From: the human T2T-CHM13v2.0 reference genome, Homo sapiens
Direction: 5' to 3' (one strand)
DNA length: 64,000 nt
Assembly: GCF_009914755.1 (NCBI RefSeq)
Contig: NC_060931.1
Shown: one piece after another, positions 34,077 through 49,769 of the stretch
Layout of the letters: every line of letters starts with the position of its first letter
Position numbering within the stretch: the stretch's first letter is position 1
Notes under the pieces: model-generated
Database searches by the model: none
What the model was told of the DNA's origin: nothing
The model's input: only the letters and a program-made list of their open reading frames with translations
Translations under genes and position numbers: made by a program

Positions 34077-35536
34077 CTCATAAATCCTGGGCCTTCAGTC
34101 TTACAGATCGTGTAGTTATTTACACTTTCCAAATGGCTATTATGTCACAGAAGGGTCTTCATGATCTGGCCCATTGCCCACATCTAAAATCTAATGTCCT
34201 GCAATGGTACCATATGTAGGTGAACCATGTGAAATGAAGAATCTACTTGGGAATACTTGAGCTTTGACTGATAAGGTTTGCATAGTCAGGAAAACTTTCA
34301 AACACGACAACAATAGTCACTAAACTTGTTATTCCCTTTCTTCTATCTTTTTTTTGGTTAAAATTTTTTTAAAAAGTTAAAATCAAATGACCACTGACCA
34401 CAATTTTGAAATTCAGGAACAGAACATGTTACACAAATAAACAATCAAGTCAAGTAAAAAAATAAATAAATAAAACAAGACCGAGTGCAGAAAACCAGGG
34501 CATAGTATTATAATTAAATATAATTAACAAAAAATTAATCTGACATTAATGTGCATAATTGCTATTTTTGTATATTGTAATCAGCAATAAATGGCAAACC
34601 CTGTTTTTAAATAAAGTATAATTAGTAACTAGGAAGCTACAAACTACATATATGTACATAATGATATTCTGTGATCTGTCAATAATTTATACTCCCCTTC
34701 TGGAGTACGATCTGGGCATCATTCTTTGAATAAGTTGCTAAATTAAACTCAGGTAATTAGTGAAATTGTAGAAAATTTTTCACTTTAAACAGGTTGCAAA
34801 AGCTTTTGGCAAAACCACTATATTAAAAGACTATTGATGTTGGGTCCTTTAAGATCTCATCTCAAAGTGCTTGGAATTGCAGTAGTGGTGGAATGCCACC
34901 TAGCAAAGAATCCACACAAAAGAGAGTATGATAAACACCTAGTGCCAATTAATATTGGATTATCAGAATATGAGTTGCATCAAATAAGGATGATGATGTG
35001 TGCTTAATATGGAGATGAGGAAGGAAAGAGGCCAGGTGAGAAGACCTGGGCTCAAAATCCCAGGCAAGGGAATTTCTAGCTTGGAAATATTCTATGGCAC
35101 CCAGTATTTATTGGAAAGCACAACAGTATATAACATGATTAACATAAGATTCTATTTTAATTTGATGGTAACCAAAGAAAACGCATGAATGAATTGGGGA
35201 AGTCAGTGGATTTCTTAGCTACAGAATTAAAAGGAATTTATTAATTTATTTTTACTCTGTTACTCAAGAATAATGCTACTAAAACTCTTGTCCAAATGCT
35301 CACATTCTCTTGCTGCATACACTTTCTTTTCAAATATGTTTTATCAAAATGACAAAAGGACAACCTCTAAGAAGGCTTATGCTAAACGTAAGTCATGTGC
35401 CCACATTTCCTACTCCAGTTCCCACTCCCTAGATACATTCACTTTTAATAGTTTCTGTTTGGGGGCTTTCCGGGTGCTTGACCCCATATCTCTAAATATT
35501 TTTTTTGAGATGGAATAACGAAAATAATTAACATAT

Positions 35537-37074
35537 AAAGAAGGACACAAACAAATGGAAGAACATTCCATGCTCATGGATAGGAAGAATCAATATCGTG
35601 AAAATGGCCATACTGCCCAAGGTAATTTATAGATTCAATGCCATCCCCATCAAGCTACCAAAGACTTACTTCACAGAATTGGAAAAAACTACTTTAAAGT
35701 TTATATGGAACCAAAAAACAGCCTGCATAACCAAGACAATCCTAAACAAAAAGAAAAAAGCTGGAGGCATCACGCCACCTGACTTCAAACTATACTACAA
35801 GCCTACAGTAACCAAAACAGCATGGTACTGGTACCAAAACAGATATATAGATATATAGACCAATGGAACAAAACAGAGGCCTCAGAAATAACACCACACA
35901 TCTACAACCATCTGGTCCTTGACGAACATGACAAAAACAAGAAATGGGGAAAGCATTCTCTAGTTAATATACGGTGCTGGGAAAACTGGCTAGCCCTATG
36001 TAGAAAGCTGAAACTGCATCCCTTCCTTACACCTTATAGAAAAACTAATTCAAGATGGATTAAAGACTTAAATGTAACACCTAAAACCAGAAAAGCCCTA
36101 GAAGAAAAGCTAGACAATACCATTCAGGATATAGGCATGGGCAAAGACTTCATGACTAAAACACCAAAAGCAATGGCAAGAAAAGCCAAAATCCAGAATC
36201 TACAAAGAACTTACATTTTCAGGACAAAAACAACCCCATCAAAAAGTGGGCAAAGCATATGAACAGACAGTTCTCAAAACATGACATTTATGCAGCCAAC
36301 AGACACATGAAAAAATGCTCATCATCACTGGTCGTCAGAGAAATGCAAATCAAAACCACAATGAGATATCATCTCATGCCAGTTAGAATGGCGATCATTA
36401 AAAAGTCAGGAAACAACAGATGCTGGAGAGGATGTGGAGAAACAGGAACACTTTTACACGGTTGTGGGAGTGTAAATTAGTTCAACCATTGTAGAAGACA
36501 GTGTGGCGATTCCTCAAGGATCTAGAAATAGAAATACCATTTGACCCAGCAATCCCATTACTGGGTATATACCTAAAGGATTATAAATCATGCTACTATA
36601 AAGACACATGCACAAGTATGTTTATTGTGGCACTATTCACAATAGCAAAGACTTGGAACCAACCCAAATGTCCATCAATGATAGACTGGATTAAGAAAAT
36701 GTGGCACATATACACCATGGAATACTCTGCAGCCATAAAAAAGGATGAGTTCTTGTCCTTTGCAGGGACATGGATGAAGCTAGAAACCATCATTCTCAGC
36801 AAACTATCACAAGGACAGAAAACCAAACACCACATGTTCTCACTCATAGGTGGGAGTTGAACAATGAGAACACATGAACACAGGGCGGGTAACATCACAC
36901 ACCAGGGCCTGTTGTGGGGTGGGGGGCTGGGGAGGGATAGCATTAGGAGATATACCTAATGTAAATGTCCACTTGATGGGTGCAGCAAACCAACATGGCT
37001 CATGTATACCTATATAACAAACCTGCACGTTGTGCACATGTATCCTAGAACTTAAAGTATAATAATAAAAAAAA
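35537..37074 (+). mobile_element. 5'-truncated L1PA (ORF2 3' part + 3'UTR) with internal deletion
   Basis: [20 protein letters not shown]...HMFSLIGGS; 3'UTR ending cttaaagtataataataaaaaaa. Confidence 0.95.
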
Positions 37075-37077
37075 TTG

Positions 37078-37232
37078 TTATATATATATTTTATATATAT
37101 AATATATATGAAATGGAATAATACTATTACATATTATTATATATAATGGAATGCAAATACTACTATTATATATTATATATATAATGGAATGCATATATAT
37201 AATGAATGGTATATATATATATTTATATATAA
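37078..37232. repeat. (TA)n-rich low-complexity tandem tract
   Basis: Repeating tatatata/aatggaat units. Confidence 0.85.
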
Positions 37233-37603
37233 AAAATGGAATACTACTCAGCCTTAAAAAGGAATGAAATAATGACATTTGCAGCAACCTGGATGGAATT
37301 GGAGCTGCTTATTTTAAGTGAAGTAACTCAGAAATGGAAAACCAAAACTTTGTATGTTCTCACTCATAAGCGGGAGCTAAGCTATGAGGACACAAAGGCA
37401 TAAGAATAATACAATGAACTTTGGGGACTCAGGGGGACAGGGTGGGAGGAGGGTGAGGGATAAAAGACTGCACATTGGGTACATTGTATACTGCTCGGGT
37501 GATGGATGCACCAAGATATCAGAAATTACCACTAAAGAACTTATTTATGTAACCAAACACCACCTGTTACCCCAAAACCTATGGGAATAAAAAATTTAAA
37601 AAA
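37233..37603 (+). mobile_element. L1PB 3' end
   Basis: ggagctaagctatgaggacacaaaggcataagaat...ctcgggtgatggatgcacc; A-rich end. Confidence 0.85.
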
Positions 37604-39731
37604 AGCAATCTTTCTAGTTGTAAAAATATTACATGCTTTATGAAACCTTCAGAGAGCATAGGAAATTATAAATTAGAGAACGAAGATCAATCTCTATCAC
37701 AGATAATTATTATAAACATGTATATACAAGGTAATTTATTATTTTTCACTTGAACCATTTATGTGTAAATATGTTTTTATATATTTATGCCCAAATATAT
37801 ATAAACCACTAACTTGCTCTCATTTTTATGTATATTATATATCATATATCATATGTATTATATACATCATATGTACTGTATATATGTACAGATGTACAGT
37901 TTATAATCCCCTGCCTGTTTAACATGTTAACATAAATATGCTTGTTTTTAAATTATTTTAATATTTGCATAATATTCAACCAAATGGTACATCAAAATTA
38001 ATTTAATCATCTGTATTTTCTGTCTTCTTTGTATATTATGCAGTTCCTTATTCTTTTCATTTGAATTTTTCCTAGCTTCCAAGACACATATTCAAGTTAA
38101 TCTCTTCTGTAAATGATTAAATTTTCCATGTTTCCAAACCTATACTTTTCTGTCTTTAATATAAGTTTTAAAAATATGATTGCATTTTGTTTACTTTACA
38201 ATCTTATATGATTAGTTTGCACAGTCCTCTCTTCTTGAGATCATTTCTTTGTGTGTCATTTTTTGTCCTTTCATTTTGGACTGTTATTTTCTTACTTATT
38301 TCATTTATTTCCTAAGGGATTCTTCTTAAGGCCCATTAAAGGCATCAAGTAATATTATAGATTTTAAAATCTATAAAATCTACCTATGCTGCTTCTACTA
38401 AGTACTTTCTTTTTGGTATCTTTCTTTTTAAAAAAAGTTATTTTCCACAGGTCCTGTGTTGTTGTTTTCATTTTTTCCTTTACTTAAGGTAAAATGGAAA
38501 ACATGTACCCATATTCCATGTTGCCTTTTGACAATCCCATCTCCTTCTCATTTCTTTCCACTCCATTCTTCTTGGGTAGCTGTCAAAGAACCTTACCGCT
38601 TTGTAGCTTGCACATTGGTTACAGTAAACACTTCTCAGCCCTTTGTTTAGGGTAATCTGGGATAGAGCTAGGATGATTCTGCTGAACTAAAATGGGTTTA
38701 CCTCCTCTTTCCATTGCTTGGTTTATGATACTTTGAGAATGAATGAGACATTTTATGAATAATCAAAGCAAATTGCTTCTATTGTTTACTATCTCTAAAA
38801 CTATTCATGTGCTTGCTGCTTACCAAAATGATTCTCATAGGATCTAGAGTTTACAAGGCAAAAATTTCCACTGACCATCTACATTTCTTCTTGCCCTATT
38901 AGTTGACTGTAGTAACATTCCTTGAAAATAGATAAGAGAGGGCAAGTGTTACTAAGGCCATCATATAATACTGTCTGCCCATAGGAGTCCACTAGAATTA
39001 TTGAATAAATTGAATAAGTAGCTATTTGGTGCTATTTGGATGTAGTGTATTGTCATTTGCATTATTTATTGAGCATCCACTCTGTATAGGATGCTGTCCT
39101 ACACAAGTTGGAATCAATTTGAAAGCCAAAATTAGCCATATAACAATATATGTTAAATCACGTATTTATTTATGTATTAGGCCTGTGGCTAAATGTCTTT
39201 TGTAACAGCTTTATTTTTCTCTCTTTCTCACTGACGTATACAAAATTAGAGACCTGCTTTTCAGTAGTGAGCTGCTCTTTGCCTATCTACTGAGGAAGGA
39301 TGTAGCATTTATGTAAAGTGAAAAGCTACAAGATATTACCATTATGCTGCCCAGTGAGCTGTGGCCCTGGCCATTGCCTACCACGCAACTAATTACTACC
39401 CCCATGCGAGGCAGTGCAAGCATGCATTTCAGAGATTGCTAGGGTAAATATATAAATATATCATCCAGTCTGTATTGAAATCCTTTGGTGAAATTAGAAA
39501 ATGAATTTAGTTACATTTTAGTGCCGTAGAACCCCAAATATGAAATAAATAGAAAACAAATCCATTAAGCAGATGCAGTTTATTTCTTTCAAGTTGCCTA
39601 AACTAATATTCTTAAAAGCTAAAATGTTATGTGACAAAAAGCAGACCCTTTTTTACATATGACCAAGTGTCAACAAATTTGCAATACTGCAAGTCATTCT
39701 GTCTTTAATAGATCTTGTTCTCTTATTAGTA

Positions 39732-40067
39732 CAGTCGTCCCTTGGTATGTGTGGGGAATGGGTTCCAACATATCCTGCAGATACCAAAATCTATCTTGCT
39801 CCAGTCCCTTGATATAAAATGGTGTAGCATTTGCATATAACTTGTGCATATCCTCCCATATACTTTAAACCATTAGTAGATTTCTTATAATACCTATTAC
39901 AATTGAAATGCTACGTAAATAGTTGTTATACTATATTGCATAGGGAAAAATGACACATAGAAAGTCTGTACATGTTCAGTACAGGCACAGTTTTTTTCCT
40001 GGATATTTTTGATTTGCTGTTGGTTGAATTCACAGATGCAGAACCCACAGACAGAGGGCTGACAATG
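39732..40067 (+). mobile_element. MER2 (Tigger family)
   Basis: ta|cagtcgtcccttggtat...cagataccaaaatc...gagggctgac. Confidence 0.8.
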
Positions 40068-40367
40068 TATTCTTATTTACTATCCTTTAAAAACTCTTCA
40101 AATATTTCTTAAAATAGTTTGTAACTTTTGATAATTCTCTTTTATTACTTCTGATTTTAATCTATTTTAATTAAAATTAAATTATGATAATGTTTACATT
40201 ATGAGGTGTTTGTTTACTTTTATTGAGAGAGAAGTCTAAAGTTAATTAAATATTTAAAATAATAATATCCTAATTGTTTCACACTGGCAAAACACTGTTC
40301 TCTGTAGAACTTGTCCCTAGATATTCCACTATAACTATACTTAACATTATTTGCAGACATTGAGTAA

Positions 40368-40682
<315 letters not shown>

Positions 40683-43600
40683 TAAATCCTTCTTATTATC
40701 ATCATTAGTTGGTGTGATCAAATTCAGAAAATTCAAATGCTTACTCCAAATCCCACAAATATTTACTATTCTACTCGTATTTTCCAAGAATAGCATTTGA
40801 CATATAGTTAATTTATTTGAGGTAGTTTGGAAACAGAGGTGTTACTCTTTGTGTCAGTAACCCCAGTTCAATCAATTAAAGCCATAAATTCTCAATTTTT
40901 AAAAACATTAGTAGCTTTTATAAACTCAAAAAACCTCTGTTAGACCCCTATGATATGCAAAGCACTGTGCTGCATAGAAAGTGGCTTTTATGCCCATGTA
41001 ACTTTTGATCATTAACAAGTTTTTAATTTCCTATATTAAAATGTAAGCAAGATCTTTCTTTAGAAAGTAGTTTCTAACAGGAGTTAATGTGAGTGCTCAC
41101 TTCCCTTTGCTTTACTTGTCTATGACTCCTAATAGATAAGATTATGCTTGAGAATGCTACAAAGTGTATGTTAGAGTTCTCTGGTTGTAACTATCAACTC
41201 TGTCAAATATCATCTCTGTCAAACCTAAGAAAGGGTGAATTTATGTAAAGATTCAGGATAGGGTATTCCCAAGCTTAAAAAGAAGCCTATACAAAATAGG
41301 TTTAGAGAGTATAGAAAATCAGCACAAAGATCTTAGTAACATGAATTGAGTGACAATTTAGGGTAACCCAGTTAGAATGAATTAATTCCATTTATTTCTT
41401 CTGTCTTTGCAGTACCCAGTTCAAGATTTAAAGTTCTGTATCACAATCTCATTGATGGATAGGTCACTTAGTCTTGGTTACTGAGCTGTGGAAAATAAAT
41501 ATGTAGTAGAAGGAATCTCCAGATTTCTTAGTGGGATGGCAGATTCCACACCTTACCTATACCAAATGGAGAAGTGTTAATTCATCAGAAGAAAACCGGG
41601 ATGCTGTTTATTGTTAAGTAGAGGAATGGAAGGTGTTTTCAGAAAATAATCAAAAATATATATTATGATTCCTTAACTTTTCTTTTGTGAACTATCTCCA
41701 TATACAAACATACCTCGACCACATACATGTATGGCTAACACAAATCTCTAAAAAATTGCTACTTATCTTCCAAGAGAAGTAAACCTCTATTCTGGAAAGC
41801 TCTTGAATTCACAAGTGGTAATGCCTATAGCTGCTCATCAAATAACTTATAAGTAGGGAGAGGTGTTAATGTCAAGCAAATATTACCTCATAATAGCTGA
41901 AAATTAAAATGTCTATTAACAGCCTGAAATATTAAAATTGCTCCCTTTTTGATATGGCAATGTTAACATATCAACATAGCCAGTGGATAATTGATTGACC
42001 CTGAATATAGAATTCTGAAAGTACAGACAAGTGCCTTTTTAATAGGACATTATTTCCAGGGAGCAAAACCATGGTACCAAATAAAGGAACAGTTTCAGTG
42101 GCTTAGGAAATGTGCAAGCTACCTGGTAGCAATCCTTTCACAAAGTACATCCATCCTTATACATATAAATAATAAACCAGTTAATTCAGAAGGAAAATTT
42201 GGGGAGAAATTGGCTTAAAGAGAGAAACAACATTGAAACTCCAGGTATGAACATTAGTTTGTTCATTGATTTCCTCATTAAAGATACACTAAAATCTCTA
42301 AGAAACTAATCAAAGAATAAACTAATATTTAGGAGGGCAGAACTGAAGGGGTAATAAAATGTTTTTGAAGGCATGCATATAAATGAAACCCAAAGTACCT
42401 ATTTTTGTCTCTGAATTCAATAGGTCCTAGGAGATGAGCTCTCCAGGATGGCGAAGCATCTAATGGATGATAAAGTAGGTACTTGAACAGGACTAAGTGC
42501 CTTGGTCTGGGACAATGAAGCTCAGCAATCACTGAAGGACAGGTCAGCAAATCATCATCTGTTTGCATATTTATAAGGGGTCACAAAGACATAAGTTATT
42601 TCAAACCCTTACTGGGACTTAAAATTACCACTTTAAAATAGGGAAGACAAATGGACTAACTTGAAAATGAATTGGTAATGACATACTACAGTGGAACACA
42701 AGTTTTTAAAAATAATCCCTAATATTATTTTCATTGTGCTGAATTTTCTCGAAGCATCTAATGATTATTAATTATAAGACAGTCAACATAATACAAATGT
42801 CTAACATGATTAAATGTTATTTATGAAAAATATGCCATGTCATTGGCATTTTTAAACAAGCTATAATGAAAAGTTATAAATATATTTTCAAATAATACAT
42901 ACATGATCCTTTTAAGTAAATAATCTCTCAGACCAGGTAAAGGGGTAGATTAATATTCTGGAAGGGTTATGTTTGAGTTGTAAAGATAACAACTATAAAG
43001 GGCTACAATTGTGACTAGAATTCTGCAATGAAAAAAATACTAGGATAGGTGCTGTCTTACTAGAGAGAGAAAATTAATTACGAAAAAATAGGTTTGAAAA
43101 ATCTTACCTGTCTTTGACTTTCAAGCATATTATTTTCTGTAATCACTTTTTTTTTCTTGCAATGGGCCCATGATTTGGAAGTCCAAGTAGTTCAACAGCA
43201 GGCAAAACCTTTTAAAATCTAAGGATGACTCCTCTATATTTCTTCTTAGAGAAGAAGAAAAAATTAAGATGGCAATGAATACTAAATGTTTAAAACTAGG
43301 AAAGATGTATTTTAAATTTCAAATGTTTTAAGTGGTTGGCTCAGTTTATTGGACCATTATATATTTTTTTATTTTTTAACTAATCCACCAATAAAATTTT
43401 CCTCAGACTTTAAGGAAGCATAAAATAATTAAGGAAATGATCAATCCATGCTTAAAGGGTATCATCATCCTGTTGTTATAGAATTGGAATACAAGAAACG
43501 TTAATTTCTAACTTAGAAACACTTAGGAACCAATGGATGCTTAGGATGCTGGAAAAATGGTTTTTCCAAGGGCAAACCCTCAGTTTCCTCATGTGATAAA

Positions 43601-44789
43601 GCATTGTAAAACAATATAAAGTCATCAGGAACACATACAAATCCCCAAAAAAACACTCCAAAAAAAATAAAAAGTTTCTGTTAGGTCAGTTTACACCAAG
43701 TAAAAAGAAGCCTGACAATTTTTTCCTTAAAACTCAAGTTTTAGTTGCCTCAGCCTCAGGGAAATCATAAATTTGAGAAGTGGCAGTTTATATGGGTTTT
43801 ATGAGCCTGTTTACTCTGTTATTCATGAAAAAGGAACTTGCTTTAGCAACTGCTGCACCTCATGATACTTACGTTACCTGTGAGTTAGCTAGCAGATTTT
43901 TAAAGAAGCAAAAAGAACTTGTATTAAGAAAGCAGTATGCTAGCAACATATGTTTGAAATAAATATCATTGTAAAATTAAGGTGAGTTAATTTTAGATAA
44001 ATACTTTCTACCAAAGGACATTTGTGAGAAGGCTACAGTTCATGGGATGCTCATATGCTCTAATTTGATTTGCTTGCTCAGTCAACATTTATAGAACTTT
44101 CCACACATAATATAATAGGTATTGGGTTAGAAAATATTAAAAGCAGCTGTTCATGCCCCAGAGACCCTCATACTACAAAGAAAACACTTCAAATTATTTT
44201 CCAATTGAGAATGATAGCGATTATTTTTTTATTCCTGAAAATCTGCAACTTTCTATTGATACTTAAAGTTACAAATCACATTTACATCTCAAGTTAAAGA
44301 TGAGATTGAATTACAATCACAAATACAGAATAAAAATCCCTAAACCTTAAATATGTGTACTACCTATAATCATTTGATGATTTACCATGTCATAAGATGG
44401 TGACAAATTTTTTAACCCCTGAACCCTTTGACTCTAGTAACATTTGTTGGGCATTTCAAAACTGCAGAATGTTTTCTTTTGGGTCTCAAAATGAAAATGT
44501 CTGAGGAAATATAAAATGTGGCAGAAAATAATGCAATGGCCATAATTTTGGTTTGAGAGAAAAATTAAATTTGAACTCTGGCCCTTCAGCCTCCTGCTGT
44601 TTGCATTAGTGAACGCTACTATATTTCCTTAATAAAGAGTTTCTTCATTTATAATAATGACAAAAAGTGAATCCCTGTCTTATGATGATATGGTCATTAT
44701 GAGAATTAAGTAAAGGTAATATATGCCATATCATGAAGTAGTAACAGTAATTCTTAAGAGTCCACCAGAATGACATCAGGAGAACAGCG

Positions 44790-44960
44790 ATGTTTGGCCA
44801 GCACCGCTTAAGAGTGTGGTCCAGGGCCCAATAATGTCAGGATCACCCGGCTCCACTCCAGATCTCCTGAAACAGAATTTCTGTGTGGGACCCAGGAACC
44901 TGTGTTTTAATAAGTTTGCCGTCCAATTTTTGTGCACACTAAATTATGAGAAGCAGTCCT
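44790..44960. mobile_element. MER5A-like MITE
   Basis: gtgtggtccagggccc...cccaggaacctgtgttttaataag. Confidence 0.6.
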
Positions 44961-46678
44961 CTAATCTGCTCTCAGCTATATTTCCAGTACCTACATTTAC
45001 AGTGGGCAACAAAGATAAGCCTAATTCATTAATATTTGTTTAACCATTCTCTCAGTAATGATTGCTCTGTACTTCAAGACGTCTTTTCTTATACTTACTA
45101 TTGGGAAACATCTCAGGATGAGAGACTTCAAGTAACTTCCTTTGTTATTTTGCAGGTCACAGCAACAGTAAGGAACAAAAATTGTATTTTCAGGTATTTT
45201 ACATCGTCAGATAATCCTTTTGGAATGACAATAATAGCAGTGCCTACACTATAGGACAGTTGTGAACATTTTGGGCAATGCATGAAAAACATTTGGCAAA
45301 TTACTTGCATTATATTATGTGCAATCAAAAATAATATCATGGTTTTGGGATCTTATTTTCTTAACTAACTTAAACAGAAATTTTATTGGGAAAACAAATG
45401 TATAGAACCTTTAAGAATTTTATTTTGCAAGGAAGAAAGAGAATATTGCCTTTTTATAAGTTGATTTTTTGCTTTATTTCCATTTTCCAAGTCAGTGTAT
45501 GTAGAATAATGATTAAGGTTCAAAAATCTATTTACCCTCTTAACAACAGAATAGGTTGAGTTGTTTTAAAACTCTTTCATTGTATAATATAAGAGGTTAA
45601 AGATGACGAATAATAATCAACCTAAGCAAACTGCTACTGCAACTTTCCTCGACTCAGGTGTTTTGCACACAATGTGTAGAAAGTGGAATCTTTGAAAAGG
45701 AAAGTCTCTATGTAAGTTTAAACACAGTAATAATCATGAAAATGAGGAATAAGTGATTCATTCTATAAACATAAGATTTTTCTCAACTAATAATTATGTC
45801 TGTAGTGAAGTACCTAGTCATCAGCAAATCACAAGACTGAATTTGTCTGTTTTCTTTTGATCATCACTAAGACTTAGTTGTGATGCATTTGATGACTTCC
45901 CACTGCAACAGGAAACAGGATATTGTGCCATTATGCCTGCAGCCATAAAAATGGTTAGAAGCTTCTTGTAACAACAAAAAATCCCCTGAGAAATATACTT
46001 TTAAAAGCTTCAAAGAATGTTAAAGATTTTCAAATACGCTATAAATGGACATCTGCAGTCCGTGCTGTACTTCAATAAAATGAGAATGGTTGTCATGTCA
46101 AATCTCCACAGGCTGTCTTTGCCTGTGTTTTCCTGGTTAAGAAATTCCACTCAAGCAGAATGAAACCTAACCTTTAATATTACATTCTGTAGAACAAGCC
46201 CCAGTGACACGTAAGAGGATCTTATCACTGGATCTCAATGGATTTGGTTTAAAACAGCTTTTTTCCTGCAAGACAGATATCAGATTGGGAGTACTTTTCA
46301 AGAAAAAAAGCCCATCTCCTCTTCATAGTATAACCTGAAAAATAAAAAGTTTGCTCAGAATAATCACCAAAGAACAGATAAGGCTATTTGGATAGCACTT
46401 CATCCAATAGGCAAGGCTCAAAAATCTATACTGATCTGTGAACAAATTATATATTTAAAAGATGTTCTATTCTTTTTCAGGTTGTAACTAGCAAGTTATA
46501 AAACTCACAAAAATAAATAAATATAAAAATCTGATGCAAATGAAATTTAATAATATATATTCCTATCTAAAATGAAATGAATCGAATAATCAAAATCAAG
46601 TATTGCAACATACAACAAAACTAATATTGACCCCAAACATAATAAAGTATATTTAAATAAATAATTAATTTGATAGTA

Positions 46679-46733
46679 TTAGGTTGGTGCAGAAGTAATT
46701 GCGGCTTTTGTCATTACTTTTGCACCAACTTAA
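46679..46733. mobile_element. MADE1 (Hsmar1 mariner MITE), internally deleted
   Basis: ttaggttggtgcagaagtaat...attacttttgcaccaacttaa TIRs flanked by TA. Confidence 0.85.
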
Positions 46734-47214
46734 TATAATTTATGTCTACTTATTAGTCATTTGTTTTCTACTTATTTCCCCTAGAAACTGAAGTAGAAGT
46801 TGATAAATCCCAATGGGAAATATAATTTATTCTTTGATGAGAAGAAAATAGATGTAAGCATGATGTTAAATCTAAGTTTGAGAGTTTAATTCCAAAATTA
46901 ACTATATGTAGAATTAATATATTACCAAAAATTAAATAAGAGTATAAATTATTTTGCTTTTATTAATATGAATTAAAAACATTACCTATTTAAAACTTAG
47001 ATTTTAGTCTCTTGAGATATTAAAATCTATTTTCGATATAACTGTTTCTTTTTTGAGGAAGATCATATCTCCATAGAGGAATAACATGGAGATTTTAATT
47101 TGGATACTGTAGAGTTTAAAAACAAGAAATTATATTTTCCATGTAATTTACTTTGGTTCTTGAATGTGTTCTCAATATTGATGGCATGAATACAACATTT
47201 TAAAACTTAAAAAA

Positions 47215-47465
47215 ATTATTTAACAAATACTTGTATAGTACTTACTATATATGTGCCAGGTACACAGAATATAAGCACTTTGAAAATACTAGCTCATTTC
47301 ATCTCAAAACCTACTTTATAAAGGAGATGTTACTGTAATCCCCATTTTGCATTAAGGAAACAGAAGAACGAGGGAAAAATAACCTGCCCTAGGTCACAAA
47401 GTCATGGCGCTGGTGAACGAACCCAGGCACCCGCACAGGATGTGTGTTGTTAACCACCATTTTAG
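47215..47465 (-). mobile_element. MIR
   Basis: atccccattttgcattaaggaaacag...aacctgccctaggtcaca...gaacccaggc. Confidence 0.65.
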
Positions 47466-47545
47466 CTGATGCTTCTATGTGGTCTTAGGCAGCAATTTGT
47501 TGGTTAAAATTAAATTTTCTTGAAGAGTACACTTTAATTGAATGA

Positions 47546-47895
<350 letters not shown>

Positions 47896-49769
47896 AATTC
47901 AGGCATTCTTATATATATTTGTTCAGCTGACATTTGTGTTTTTATGAAAGTGTCATGCCTGAAACCCAAAGCACCAGAAACCACAGGGGAAAACCCAAAG
48001 TGTTCATAGCACTTCAAATCAGTTTATAGAATGAAGTAGAAGTCTGATAGGTACAGAAAGAGGAATACTTTCCACACAAAGGGTATAGGCCTCACTTCCC
48101 ATGAGTTGTAATTTGAAATTTGTGACCTTGAGTAACACAAATTTTAAGTAAAAATTTGCATGAATTCTAAGCTATGTTATAATAGAAAATCCCAGGGAAA
48201 ACAGATGTACTTTTAGAATGTTCCTTTTAAAGACTGGCAGGGCCTAAATTGTGTGAGGCAAAAGCAAGAGAGTGGTCATACCGACAAAAAAAAATTTGAG
48301 AAAAGTTTTAATTAAACTCTTTTATTTTGGAAGGGGGCATTTTGTATTTATTATTTAGCTTTTAAAAATTCCCTAAAGAGAAATGAACAGCCAAAATCAT
48401 ATACTAGGGAGAACACAGAAAAACGTTGAACTCCAGTGTTCATTGGGCAGTTAAATGAGTGCAGTGGGTGAGGTGAGGACTGTGATGAGGGGTCTGTATG
48501 GTAGAGCCACTTCTTTCCTATATCTCCAGCACACTGTTTCTTACAGTCAATTTCCAAATTTGATCATCAATTTGCCTTTTTAGCATGATGAATCTGCCAG
48601 GTCATAGTAGCCCCAAACTACAGGGTCACTGCCTTTTATAACACTTTAAGCTGCAAAAAGGGTAAAAGGTGGGTCATAGGTGGGCATGACATGTCAGCAT
48701 TCAAGAACAAATTCCATTATTGTGTAAGAAAATATTCATTGTACCACAGTTACATTTTTAATTTTTTTCTTATTGTATTCAGATTATTTCTACTTTTGGC
48801 ACTAATGCATTTTTAAAAGAGAGAGTATATTAAAGAGTTTTGAAGGTTCAGCTGAGATTAAAAGTCATAAATATTTAGAAGTGCCAATCAGGATGGTTTT
48901 ATTATCTTTTCAGCCAATTTTAAGAGACCTGATATAAGGCTTACGATTAAGCTAAGAACATTAGATAATTAAAACTATTGGTAACAACACAGTTGTAATA
49001 GTTGACCAACTATTGGAAAGAAAATAAAAGAGCAGGCTGAAGGATTTGAAAAATAGGAAGCAGTCAAGGAACTCGTTGCAAAGGAATGGAAGAGCAAGTT
49101 TGCTAAGTGATATTGAAAGAGAGGATATTCCCATTAGACACTAAACTCAGAAAATAACATTGCAAATGCATTAAACCATAAATAAATTAAATTCTTATAG
49201 AATTTTATTAAGAGTCTAATCATATATTTATTGTTCTCATGTTATGGTTGGGGATAACAGGTTTCAAGTATTTAAATAATTTGCAAAATAGCAGGTAATA
49301 AGAAAATGTCAGAGCAAAGATTAAACACTAGGCCTGTTTGAATCCAGAATTTTAACTCTTAATTACATTAATATTATCTTCTGAATTAATATGTTTCTGG
49401 TTGACAAAAGGAAGCCATGTAGAGGACTACTCTAGGGGGTGCAGAAACGATCTTTGTAGATGAATGAAATGAGGTTAGAATATCCATGTTGAACATGAGT
49501 GGTGCCCAGTATGATCACATATGGATAACAAAGAGGACAATGGTGAGTTAGATGGCCAGATCTAGACACAGTGAACAGTGCTGACATAGAAATTTATAAG
49601 GGCTGACAAAAATAGGTCAGAATAATTGGATAGCAAGAACTTCAGAAAAGAATGTTAACTCAAGTTACCAAAATAATGGTGTGGAAAGTTAAATAGTAAA
49701 GAAGACTCCATATTAACATTTCATTTTACTTAATGTGTTTATATTACAAAGGCTTCTAATGTTTTATAT

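Noticed and set aside
38435-38495. Possible micro-exon (ttttccacag|...aag|gtaaaa)
   Set aside because: Weak donor, T-rich content and no supporting neighbouring exons.
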